The notes under the pieces were generated by a model that did no database searches, was not told the origin of the DNA, and was given only the letters and a program-made list of their open reading frames with translations. Source: Betaproteobacteria bacterium (GTDB lineage Bacteria; Pseudomonadota; Gammaproteobacteria; Burkholderiales; SG8-39). From it: a stretch of 64,000 nucleotides of DNA. The translations under genes and the position numbers were made by a program. Where the stretch lies: positions 642 to 64,641 of the forward strand of contig SCTY01000030.1 of assembly GCA_004297625.1 (NCBI GenBank). Direction: 5' to 3'. Positions within the stretch are counted from its first letter, which is position 1. Each line of letters starts with the position of its first letter. Of this stretch, positions 1 through 8,267 are shown piece after piece.

Positions 1-1
1 C

Positions 2-1075
2 GTGATCGAGGGGAACGACATCAGCGGCTGGGGACGCTTCAGCGGCAAGCTGAGCTCCGACGGCTGGCAGATCGGCACCAACGAGGATTCGGGCATCAAG
101 GCCTACTGCTATGACAGCCCGGGCTGGCTCGAGCGCACGATCATCCAGCGCAACAAGATCCACGATCCGCGCTACGGCTCGAACAGCTGGTCCGACGGCC
201 ATCCGTCCGGTCCGAACGCCATCGCGTTCTTCGAATGCGGCGGCAACCACGTATTCCGCTACAACGACATCTACAGCACCTGGGGCCACTACTTCATGGA
301 CGCCATCGGCGGCGGGGAGAACTTCTCGTTGAAGGGCTTCCCGAACTCGGACACGGACATCTACGGCAACAAGATCCAGGACGCCTGGGATGACGCCATC
401 GAGGCCGAGGGCGCGGACAGAAACGTCCGCGTGTGGCGCAACTACATGAGCAACACGGGCACCGGTGTCGCGTCCACGTCGATCAGCGTGGGCCCGATGT
501 ACATCTTCCGCAACGTCTGGGACAACAACCGCGTGTTGTCGATGAAATCGCTCGACGGCGATGGGCGCCTGTACATGTTCAAGTCGGGCTCGCAGAGCGG
601 CTACGGCGACGGCCGGCGCTACGTGTTCCACAACACGATGCTGCAGGCGCCTCCCCCGGCCGGCTCGAGCTATCCGCTCGGCGGCGGCGAGGGCCTCGCG
701 AGCCCCGGCGGCGGCCAGAACCTGACCAACACCGTGTCGCGCAACAACATCTTGCACATCTGGAAGTCGTGGTGGAACTCGGTGGACGACACCGGCGGCG
801 GCATGACGCCCAACGACCTGGATTACGACCTGGTGAACGGCAACGTCACCGCGGCCGGCAGCCAGGAAGCGCACCGGATCGTCGGCACGCCGATCTACGC
901 GCCGAACAACGGGTGGTCGTCGGAAGCGGGCGGCATGTACCAGCTCGATCCGTCGAGCCCGGGCTACGACGCCGGCGCGCGGATCCCGAACTTCAACGAC
1001 AACTTCACCGGCGCGGCGCCCGACCTCGGCGCGCACGAAGCAGGCGCGCCGGCGATGAAATTCGGAGTGCAATGA
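2..1075 (+). CDS. right-handed beta-helix (pectate-lyase-fold) protein, C-terminal part; 5' end lies outside the window
   Basis: ORF is open to the window edge. It is collinear over ~350 aa with the 22524-24290 protein (ISGWG, RDPRYGSN, DDxIEAEGxxRNVRxWxNY, SVGPxYxxRNV). Its stop TGA at 1073-1075 overlaps the next gene's ATG. Confidence 0.6.
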   Translation: MIEGNDISGWGRFSGKLSSDGWQIGTNEDSGIKAYCYDSPGWLERTIIQRNKIHDPRYGSNSWSDGHPSGPNAIAFFECGGNHVFRYNDIYSTWGHYFMDAIGGGENFSLKGFPNSDTDIYGNKIQDAWDDAIEAEGADRNVRVWRNYMSNTGTGVASTSISVGPMYIFRNVWDNNRVLSMKSLDGDGRLYMFKSGSQSGYGDGRRYVFHNTMLQAPPPAGSSYPLGGGEGLASPGGGQNLTNTVSRNNILHIWKSWWNSVDDTGGGMTPNDLDYDLVNGNVTAAGSQEAHRIVGTPIYAPNNGWSSEAGGMYQLDPSSPGYDAGARIPNFNDNFTGAAPDLGAHEAGAPAMKFGVQ

Positions 1076-1446
1076 TGAGATACCGCGGATTCACGCTGCT
1101 CGAGCTGCTCGTCGTCATCGTGATCATCGGCCTGCTCGCGGGCTACGTGGCGCCGCGCTACTTCGCGCAGGTGGGCAAGTCCGAAGTGCAGGTGGCGCGC
1201 TCGCAAATCGAGTCGTTCGATAAGGCGCTGGACCAGTTCCGCCTCGAAAAGCGGCGCTACCCCACCGCCGAGGAAGGGCTGGAGGCGATCCGGCCGTACC
1301 TGAAGAAGGCGGTGCCGAACGACCCGTGGGACCGGCCGTACGTGTATCGCACGCCGGGCAAGAACGGCGAGTTCGAGCTCTTCTCCTACGGCCGCGACGG
1401 CAAGCCCGGCGGCAGCGGCGAAGACGCCGACATCGGACTCAACTGA
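1072..1446 (+). CDS. gspG: type II secretion major pseudopilin GspG-like
   Basis: Prepilin-type N-terminus [22 protein letters not shown] with Glu at +5. GspG-like body ([36 protein letters not shown]). Confidence 0.85.
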   Translation: MMRYRGFTLLELLVVIVIIGLLAGYVAPRYFAQVGKSEVQVARSQIESFDKALDQFRLEKRRYPTAEEGLEAIRPYLKKAVPNDPWDRPYVYRTPGKNGEFELFSYGRDGKPGGSGEDADIGLN

Positions 1447-1471
1447 AACTCCCGGTAAGCAGCCACTTCAG

Positions 1472-1496
1472 GGGCGCCCACGGCGCCCTTTTTTTT
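1472..1496 (+). terminator. rho-independent terminator after gspG-like gene
   Basis: GGGCGCC-cac-GGCGCCC stem followed by T8, about 25 nt after the stop codon. Confidence 0.7.
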
Positions 1497-1654
1497 GACG
1501 CGCGCCGGTCGCCCTCGGGCGACATGGAGAACCTCAAGTGAATCAGTCGCTTGTCGGAAAGTCGCGTTCCTTCGTCGTCTACGCACTACGCACTTGTCGT
1601 CTTTCACCCTACGAATCCACAGTTAAGCCATTGATCTGCCTGGGCTCAGGCAAC

Positions 1655-1670
1655 TGGCACGCCTCATGCG
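1655..1670 (+). promoter_or_regulatory. candidate sigma-54 (-24/-12) promoter
   Basis: TGGCACG-cctc-ATGC matches TGGCACG-N4-TTGC with correct GG/GC spacing. It lies ~45 nt upstream of the gspF-like start. Confidence 0.35.
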
Positions 1671-1713
1671 TAAGTGAGTTGCATTAGTAGAAACAACGAT
1701 AAGGGGAGCAAAT

Positions 1714-2898
1714 TTGCACTACGAGCTTCTCGCGCTCGACCCACGGCAGCAGGTCGTCGCGCTCACGCTGCAAGCCGCGAATGAAGCCCTCGCTGCGGAT
1801 GAGGCCCGCAAGCGCGGCCTGACGGTCATTTCGCTCGAGGCGAAAGGGCTGCGCTTCGCGCTCTCGCGCCGCAAGCGCTTCCCCACGATGCTGTTTTCGA
1901 TCGAGCTGCTCTCGCTCCTGCAGGCCGGACTCAACCTCGTCGAAGCGCTGCAGACGCTGAGCGAGAAGGACGCGAGCGGCGAGCGGCGCGAAGTGCTCTG
2001 CGGAATGCTCGCCGCCATCCATCGAGGCGAGCCGTTCTCCGGAGCGCTCGCCGGCTTCTCGCGGCATTTCTCGCCGCTCTACGTCGCCACCATCAAGGCC
2101 GCCGAGCGCACCGGCAACGTGGCCGAGGCGCTCGGCCGCTACATCGCCTACCAGGAAGAAATCGAGCGGGTGCGCAAGAAGATCGTGTCGGCGAGCATCT
2201 ATCCCGCGGTGCTGCTCGCAGTCGGCGCGCTGGTGATCGGCTTTCTCATGCTCTACGTCGTGCCGCGCTTCGCCAAGGTCTACGAGGACATGTCCGGCAC
2301 GCTGCCGTTCTTTTCGCGCCTGCTCCTCACCTTCGGCAATTTCGTCGGCGGCCACTTCGCCGCGCTCGCGCTCTGCGCGCTCGCGCTCGCGTCGCTCGCG
2401 GCGTGGGCCTTCTCGCGCACCGGGTTCCGCGCCTGGATCAACACGCGCCTGTGGCGCATCCCGGCGATCGGCAACCACATGAAGGTCTACCAGCTCGCGC
2501 GCCTCTACCGCACGGCCGGCATGCTGCTCAAGGCCGGCATCCCGGCGGTGCGCGCGCTCGACATGGTGCACGACCTGCTCGCGCCGCATCTGCGCCCGGG
2601 CCTCGTGGAGGCGAAAAAGCGCATCGAGCGGGGACAACCGATGTCGACGGCGCTCAGCGCCGCCGGCCTCGCCACGCCGGTCGCCGTGCGCATGATGAGC
2701 GTCGGCGAGCGCAGCGGCGACATGGGGCAGATGCTGACCCAGATCGCCCGTTTTCACGACGACGAGGTGGCGCGCGTGATCGACTGGTTCACCCGCGCCT
2801 TCGAGCCGCTGCTGATGACGGTGCTCGGCACCGTGGTCGGGCTGATCGTCGTGCTCATGTACATGCCGATCTTCGAGCTCGCCGGAAGCATCCAATGA
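1714..2898 (+). CDS. gspF: type II secretion / type IV pilus platform protein (GspF/PilC family)
   Basis: TTG start preceded by AAGGGGAG. 394 aa with an internal duplication of the T2SSF-type domain and hydrophobic segments in the expected positions. Confidence 0.8.
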   Translation: MHYELLALDPRQQVVALTLQAANEALAADEARKRGLTVISLEAKGLRFALSRRKRFPTMLFSIELLSLLQAGLNLVEALQTLSEKDASGERREVLCGMLAAIHRGEPFSGALAGFSRHFSPLYVATIKAAERTGNVAEALGRYIAYQEEIERVRKKIVSASIYPAVLLAVGALVIGFLMLYVVPRFAKVYEDMSGTLPFFSRLLLTFGNFVGGHFAALALCALALASLAAWAFSRTGFRAWINTRLWRIPAIGNHMKVYQLARLYRTAGMLLKAGIPAVRALDMVHDLLAPHLRPGLVEAKKRIERGQPMSTALSAAGLATPVAVRMMSVGERSGDMGQMLTQIARFHDDEVARVIDWFTRAFEPLLMTVLGTVVGLIVVLMYMPIFELAGSIQ

Positions 2899-4376
2899 CC
2901 GACATCGAAACCCTGGAAAAGGACCTGCGCATCGCCGCCATCTCGCTCGACGCGATGCGCGCCGCGCAGCCCGCCTTCGAGGCCATCGCCTTCGCGGAGG
3001 CGACGCGGCGCCATTGCGTCGCGCTGCGCGCCGCGGACGGCGCGCTGCTGGTGGTGCTCGGCAACCCGTTCGACCTCGACACGCAGGACTGGATCGAGGA
3101 GCGCCTGCGCGAGCCTTTCGGCTACCGCCTCGCCGACGCGCACGAGCTCGCCGCCTACCTCTCGCAGCAGGAGACGCAGCTGCGCGCCCTGGATGGCCTG
3201 TCCAAGGAAGTCGCCGAGACCGGGACGCGGGTCGACGGGACGCAGGAAATCTCCTTCGAATCGGCCGCCGAGGCCGACAGCACGGTGGTGCGCCTCGTCA
3301 CCTCGACGCTCTACGACGCGCTCAAGGCCGGCGCGAGCGACGTGCACCTCGAGTCGACCGGCGCCGGGCTCACCATCAAGTACCGCGTCGACGGCGTGCT
3401 GACCGCCGCCGAAAGGGTGCCGGGGATCGAGCTCGCCGAGCAGGTGATCTCGCGCATCAAGGTGATGTCGGAGCTCGACATCGCCGAGCGCCGCGTGCCG
3501 CAGGACGGGCGCTTCAAGGCGCGCCGCGACGGCCGCGAGATCGACTTCCGCGTGTCGGTGATGCCGAGCGTGTTCGGCGAGGACGCGGTGCTCAGGATCC
3601 TCGACCGCAAGACGCTCTCCGACCAGCTCAGCGGGCTGACGTTGGATGCCTTGGGGTTTTCCTCGGAATTGAAGGATTCTCTGAGAAACCTTTCCACGCA
3701 GCCCTACGGCATGCTGCTCGTCACCGGCCCGACCGGCAGCGGCAAGACCACGACGCTGTACGCCGTGATCACCGAGGTGAACAAGGGCCTCGACAAGATC
3801 GTCACCATCGAGGACCCGGTCGAGTACCAGCTGCCCGGCGTGCTGCAGATCCCGGTGAACGAGCAGAAAGGCCTTACCTTCGCGCGCGGCCTGCGCTCCA
3901 TCCTGCGCCACGACCCCGACCGCATCATGGTGGGCGAGATCCGCGACCCCGAGACCGCCGAGATCGCCGTGCAATCCGCGCTGACCGGCCACCTCGTCTA
4001 CACGACGGTGCACGCGAACAACGCTATCGACGTGCTCGGCCGCTTCCAGCACATGGGCGTCGATACCTACAACCTGGTCTCGGCGCTGAACGGCGTGCTC
4101 GCGCAGCGGCTGGTGCGGGTCATATGCAGGCAATGCGAAGCCAAAGGCTGCGGCGCGTGCCGCGGCACCGGCTTCAAAGGCCGCAAGGCGATCGGCGAGA
4201 TCGTGGTGCTGAACGACGAAATCCGCGAAATGATCGTCGCGCGCACGCCGGCGAGAACGCTGAAGGAGGCCGCGCGCGCGGCGGGCACCGTGCCGCTGCG
4301 CGAGGCGGCGATGCGCCTGGTGCAGGCCGGCGAAACGACTCTAGAGGAGATCAACCGTGTCACTTTTGTGGCGTAA
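2895..4376 (+). CDS. gspE: type II secretion ATPase (GspE family)
   Basis: Walker A GPTGSGKTT, Walker B IMVGEIRD, His box TGHLVYTTVHAN, CxxC-x4-CxxC zinc motif (CRQCEAKGCGAC). ATGA overlap with gspF. Confidence 0.9.
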   Translation: MTDIETLEKDLRIAAISLDAMRAAQPAFEAIAFAEATRRHCVALRAADGALLVVLGNPFDLDTQDWIEERLREPFGYRLADAHELAAYLSQQETQLRALDGLSKEVAETGTRVDGTQEISFESAAEADSTVVRLVTSTLYDALKAGASDVHLESTGAGLTIKYRVDGVLTAAERVPGIELAEQVISRIKVMSELDIAERRVPQDGRFKARRDGREIDFRVSVMPSVFGEDAVLRILDRKTLSDQLSGLTLDALGFSSELKDSLRNLSTQPYGMLLVTGPTGSGKTTTLYAVITEVNKGLDKIVTIEDPVEYQLPGVLQIPVNEQKGLTFARGLRSILRHDPDRIMVGEIRDPETAEIAVQSALTGHLVYTTVHANNAIDVLGRFQHMGVDTYNLVSALNGVLAQRLVRVICRQCEAKGCGACRGTGFKGRKAIGEIVVLNDEIREMIVARTPARTLKEAARAAGTVPLREAAMRLVQAGETTLEEINRVTFVA

Positions 4377-5106
4377 CCCTCAACGCCGCCTCGGACTGTG
4401 CTCCGACCGGCTGTTCCTTTCGAAGAACCGGACGATTGCGGTGCAGCCCACCGCCGACGCGGCGGAATGGCGCGCGGCGGTCGACGCGCTGCCCGGGATC
4501 CTGCTTTCGCTCAAATGCCGTGAAGCGAGCGTGGTGCTCGCGGACCAGTTCGTGCGCTACGCGCTGCTGCCGTGGAACGCGGCCATCAAAAGCGAGGAGC
4601 AGTGGGTCGCCCTCGCGCGCCACCGGCTCGCGGCGATCCACGGCGCGGTCGCGGCGCAATGGGAAGTGCGGCTCGCCGACACCGCGCCCATGGGACCGCG
4701 GCTCGCGTGCGCGGTGGACCGCGGGCTCGTCGAGGCGCTCGCCTCGGTTTTCGTCGCCGCGAACGTGCGCCTCGCCTCGGTGCAGCCGTTCCTGATCGCC
4801 GCTTTCAACCGCATCCGCAAGCACATCGGCAACGGCTCGTGCTGGCTGGTGGTCGAGGAGCCGGGGCGCCTGACGCTCGCCTTCATCCAGCGCGGCGTGT
4901 GGATCGCGATCCGCAGCCGCCGGGCCGACCAGCGCTGGCGCGAAATGCTGCCCGAGATCATCGAGCGCGAAAGCGCGTTCCTCGCGCTCGCGGCGCCGTG
5001 CACGCGCGTGATTGTCTGCGCGCAGGGCGATTTCGACACCGCCAATTGCGAAAGCTGGGACGCCAAGGCGGTGAGCTACGGCGAACTGGCGCTCGCGTGG
5101 GACTGA
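4357..5106 (+). CDS. hypothetical assembly protein in the GspL/PilM position
   Basis: GTG start 8 nt after GAGGAG; overlaps the gspE 3' end. Function is inferred only from position between the ATPase and the PilN-like gene. Confidence 0.4.
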   Translation: MSLLWRNPQRRLGLCSDRLFLSKNRTIAVQPTADAAEWRAAVDALPGILLSLKCREASVVLADQFVRYALLPWNAAIKSEEQWVALARHRLAAIHGAVAAQWEVRLADTAPMGPRLACAVDRGLVEALASVFVAANVRLASVQPFLIAAFNRIRKHIGNGSCWLVVEEPGRLTLAFIQRGVWIAIRSRRADQRWREMLPEIIERESAFLALAAPCTRVIVCAQGDFDTANCESWDAKAVSYGELALAWD

Positions 5107-5111
5107 GAATC

Positions 5112-5624
5112 ATGCGGCGCCTCGAGCTCGACTTCAGCGGCCGCCGCTCGGCCGCGCCGTGGGCCGGGCGCGTGCTTCTCGCGCTGGCGCTTGCCTTCGC
5201 TCTGGACGTGGGCATGTCCTATAACAGCGCCAAGCGCTCGCTCGAAACCCGCCAGGCGAGCATCGCCGCCGCGGCGCACCCGCGCGGCACCCCGCAGAGG
5301 AAGGCGAGCGCCGAGGAAATCGCGCTGGTACGCGACACGGTGCGGCGGCTCGGCACGCCGTGGGAGAGGCTGTTCACCGCGCTCGAAGCGGCGGCGAACG
5401 ACCAGGTCGCTCTGCTCGGCATCGAGCCCGATCCCAAATCCGGGACGGTGCTCATTTCCGGGGACAGCCGCGACTACCTCGCCGTGCTCACGTACGTCCT
5501 CAATCTCAGCCAGGCCGAAGCGTTGAGGAACGTGCACCTGGTGCGGCACGAAGCGAAGCCGAACGACCCGAACGGCGCGGTGAACTTCACCGTTTCGGCA
5601 GCCTGGAGCGAGCAGCGCCGATGA
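5112..5624 (+). CDS. PilN/GspL-periplasmic-like bitopic assembly protein
   Basis: One N-terminal TM (AGRVLLALALAFAL), size ~170 aa, position in the operon. Confidence 0.45.
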   Translation: MRRLELDFSGRRSAAPWAGRVLLALALAFALDVGMSYNSAKRSLETRQASIAAAAHPRGTPQRKASAEEIALVRDTVRRLGTPWERLFTALEAAANDQVALLGIEPDPKSGTVLISGDSRDYLAVLTYVLNLSQAEALRNVHLVRHEAKPNDPNGAVNFTVSAAWSEQRR

Positions 5625-6139
5625 ACGCTCGCCTCGCCCGTCTTTGGGACAGCCTCGACGCCATGGGGCTCGCCGCGCTCGTGTTGCTGGCAGCCGCCGG
5701 CGCGTTCCATTTCCTGGTCGTCCAGCCGCTCGAGGCGCGCAGCGAGCTCGCACGCGAATACGCGGCGCGCCAGGTGCGCAAGGCCGAGCCCGCGCAAGCG
5801 GGCGGCGCCGAGGACAAGGTCGCCGCGGTCTACCGCTTCCTGCAGAAGGACGAGGAGACCACCGACTGGCTCGCCAAGCTCCACGGCATCGGCCTCGCCA
5901 CCGGCGTGCAGCTGAAGTCGGCGAGCTACCGCACCGAGAGCGCCGAGGGGCGCATCCAGCGCTACGAAATGGTGCTGCCGGTTTCGGGCACCTATGTCCA
6001 CGTGCGCGACTTTCTCCAGCGCTCGCTGGCCGAGATCCCGGTGATGTCGATCGACCAGTTGACGCTCAAGCGCGAAAGCCGCAACGACGGCACGGTCCAG
6101 GCCGAGCTGCGCCTCACCCTGCACATCGTGAAATCATGA
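5621..6139 (+). CDS. PilO/GspM-like bitopic assembly protein
   Basis: ATGA overlap with the upstream gene, one N-terminal TM (GLAALVLLAAAGAF), ~170 aa, operon position. Confidence 0.45.
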   Translation: MNARLARLWDSLDAMGLAALVLLAAAGAFHFLVVQPLEARSELAREYAARQVRKAEPAQAGGAEDKVAAVYRFLQKDEETTDWLAKLHGIGLATGVQLKSASYRTESAEGRIQRYEMVLPVSGTYVHVRDFLQRSLAEIPVMSIDQLTLKRESRNDGTVQAELRLTLHIVKS

Positions 6140-6627
6140 ACTTCGCTTTCCTGAAAACCGACCTGTCGAAGCGTGCGGCGCTCGCCGTTCTCGCGCTGCT
6201 GCTCGTGGCGGGCATCGTGGCCGGGCGCGAAAAGCCCTCGCTTTCGGTGCCTGAAAAGGTGAATCGAATCGAAGCCAGGGTTGAACTGGCGGACGACATC
6301 GATCTGTCGAAGCTGGAGCGCCCGGCGGCCGCCCAGGCGCCGCACAACGACCCGTTCGCGCGCCGCAGCTTCGCGCCGCCCGCGCCGCAGGTCGCAGCCG
6401 CCGAGCCGCCCAAGCCGGTCGCGCCGCCGCTTCCCTTCCGCTACATGGGCCGCCTCACCCAGGACGGCAAGACCGAGGTGTTTCTGCTGCGCGGCGAGGA
6501 GATTCTCAGCATCGCGGCCGGACGGAAGATCGACGCGCAATACCGCGTCGACGCGGTGACCGACTCGGCCATCCGGATCACCTACCTGCCGCTCAGGACG
6601 CGGCAATCGCTGGAGCTCGCGCAATGA
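6136..6627 (+). CDS. PilP/GspC-like protein with proline-rich linker
   Basis: N-terminal TM/signal, P/A-rich linker. The C-terminal ~60-aa module (PPLPFRYMGRLTQDGKTEVFLL...YLPL) is repeated in the 7958-8266 protein. Confidence 0.4.
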   Translation: MNFAFLKTDLSKRAALAVLALLLVAGIVAGREKPSLSVPEKVNRIEARVELADDIDLSKLERPAAAQAPHNDPFARRSFAPPAPQVAAAEPPKPVAPPLPFRYMGRLTQDGKTEVFLLRGEEILSIAAGRKIDAQYRVDAVTDSAIRITYLPLRTRQSLELAQ

Positions 6628-7067
6628 AGGGCTTCACCCTCATCGAGCTGATGATCACGGTGGCGATCGTCGCCCTGCTCGCCACGGTCGCCATGCCGCT
6701 CGCCGAAGTCACGGTGCAGCGCGCCAAGGAAACCGACCTGCGCCGCTCGCTGCGCGAGGTGCGCGAAGCGATCGACGCCTACAAGCACGCCGTGGACGAC
6801 GGCGCCATCGAGAAGGCGGCGAACGCCTCCGGCTATCCGCCCTCGCTCGCGGCGCTGGTCGACGGCGCGCCCGACAAGCGCGATCCGAAGGGCGCTCGGC
6901 TCTACTTCCTGCGCCGCGTGCCGCTCGACCCGGTCTCCGGCCAGGAATGGGGCCTGCGCTCCTACCAGAGCAGCGCCGACTCGCCGCAGCCCGGGAAGGA
7001 CGTGTTCGACATCTATTCGCGCAGCCCCGGCACGGGGCTGAACGGCATTCCATACAGGGAGTGGTAA
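6624..7067 (+). CDS. pseudopilin (prepilin-type N-terminal cleavage/methylation domain)
   Basis: MKG/FTLIELMITVAIVALL with Glu+5. ATGA overlap with the upstream gene. Confidence 0.8.
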   Translation: MKGFTLIELMITVAIVALLATVAMPLAEVTVQRAKETDLRRSLREVREAIDAYKHAVDDGAIEKAANASGYPPSLAALVDGAPDKRDPKGARLYFLRRVPLDPVSGQEWGLRSYQSSADSPQPGKDVFDIYSRSPGTGLNGIPYREW

Positions 7068-7420
7068 TGAAGAAGATCGCAGGGTTCACGCTCGTCGAGC
7101 TGATGGTGGTGCTCACCGTCATCGCTCTGCTCCTTTCGGTCGTCGTGCCCGACTACGTCGGCCGCATGCGCCGCGCCGAGGAAGCCGTGCTCAAGGAAAA
7201 CCTCGTCGTCATGCGCGATGCGCTGGACAAGCATTACGCCGACGCCGGCAAGTACCCGCGCTCGCTCGAGGAGCTGGTATCCAAGCGCTACCTGCGCTCG
7301 ATCCCGCCCGACCCCTTCACGCAGTCCGCGCAGACCTGGGTACCCGTCCCGCCCTCCGACGCGCAAAAAGGCGGGGTCTACGACGTGCGCAGCGCGGCGA
7401 AGGGCTATGAGCGCTGGTAG
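7067..7420 (+). CDS. pseudopilin (prepilin-type N-terminal domain)
   Basis: MKKIAG/FTLVELMVVLTVIALL with Glu+5. Confidence 0.8.
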   Translation: MKKIAGFTLVELMVVLTVIALLLSVVVPDYVGRMRRAEEAVLKENLVVMRDALDKHYADAGKYPRSLEELVSKRYLRSIPPDPFTQSAQTWVPVPPSDAQKGGVYDVRSAAKGYERW

Positions 7421-7898
7421 AACCCCCCGCTCGCTCCGCTCGCGACCCCCTTGTCAGGGGGTCAAGGGTTTTACCCTCCTCGGCCTGATGATCGTCGTCG
7501 CGATCATGGGCGCGGGGCTCGCGGCGTACGGCCAGCTCGCCTCGCATGCCGCGCAGAGGGAGAAGGAAGCGGAGCTGCTTTTTCGCGGCGACCAGTACCG
7601 CCAGGCGATCGAGTCGTACTACAAGAAGGAGCGCAGCTACCCGAGGCGGCTCGCCGACCTCCTCGAGGACAAGCGCTTCCCCATGCCGGCAAGGCACCTG
7701 CGCCGGCTGTACGCGGACCCGATCACCGGCGAGGCCGATTGGGCAATCATGCAAGCGCCCGGCGGCGGCATCCTCGGCGTGCACAGCAAGTCCGAAGCGC
7801 AGCCGCTGAAAAGCGGAGGCTTTCGCCTCGCCGACAGGACCTTCCAGGACGCGCAGCGCTACGCGGACTGGCAGTTCCTTTACACGCCGCCGAAATAG
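7407..7898 (+). CDS. minor pseudopilin-like protein lacking Glu+5, with long leader
   Basis: ...QGVKG/FTLLGLMIVVAIMG has Gly at +5. The only in-frame start upstream of the cleavage motif is ATG 7407, giving a 21-aa leader that is encoded through a REP-like repeat. Confidence 0.6.
   Translation: MSAGRTPRSLRSRPPCQGVKGFTLLGLMIVVAIMGAGLAAYGQLASHAAQREKEAELLFRGDQYRQAIESYYKKERSYPRRLADLLEDKRFPMPARHLRRLYADPITGEADWAIMQAPGGGILGVHSKSEAQPLKSGGFRLADRTFQDAQRYADWQFLYTPPK
7421..7461. repeat. REP-like element, CCCCC-TTGTCA-GGGGG family (copy 1)
   Basis: AACCCCCCGCTCGC...CCCCCTTGTCAGGGGG. The same two blocks recur at 46387-46430. Confidence 0.7.
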
Positions 7899-7957
7899 AC
7901 TCGTCCGTCCGGCGGATGTGAAGCGCCGCTGCCGCGGCGCAATATCCGGAGTTGGTT

Positions 7958-8266
7958 ATGAGGCCGCTTTTGGCTGCGCTCGCGCTCGCCTTCTGCGCCG
8001 GCGCGGCGGCGGCGGCCGACAAGCGCGCTGCTCCAAGCGCAGCGCAGGCAGCGGCGCCGCCGCTGCCGTTTCGCTACGTGGGCCGGCTCTCGCAGAACGG
8101 CAAGGTGGAAGTGCTCCTGATGCAAGGCGACAAGCTCTACAGCATCTCGGCCGGGCAAAAGATCGGCGACGACTACGTCGTCGAGCACATCGGCGATTCG
8201 AGCATTTCATTGCGCTACCTTCCCCTGAAGCTGCGGCAGAGGCTCGACATCCCGGGCGTCTATTGA
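7958..8266 (+). CDS. small secreted PilP/GspC-like protein (paralogous module)
   Basis: GGAG 6 nt before the ATG. Signal peptide MRPLLAALALAFCAGAAAA. PPLPFRYVGRLSQNGKVEVLLM...YLPL parallels the C-terminus of the 6136-6627 protein. Confidence 0.55.
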   Translation: MRPLLAALALAFCAGAAAAADKRAAPSAAQAAAPPLPFRYVGRLSQNGKVEVLLMQGDKLYSISAGQKIGDDYVVEHIGDSSISLRYLPLKLRQRLDIPGVY

Positions 8267-8267
8267 G

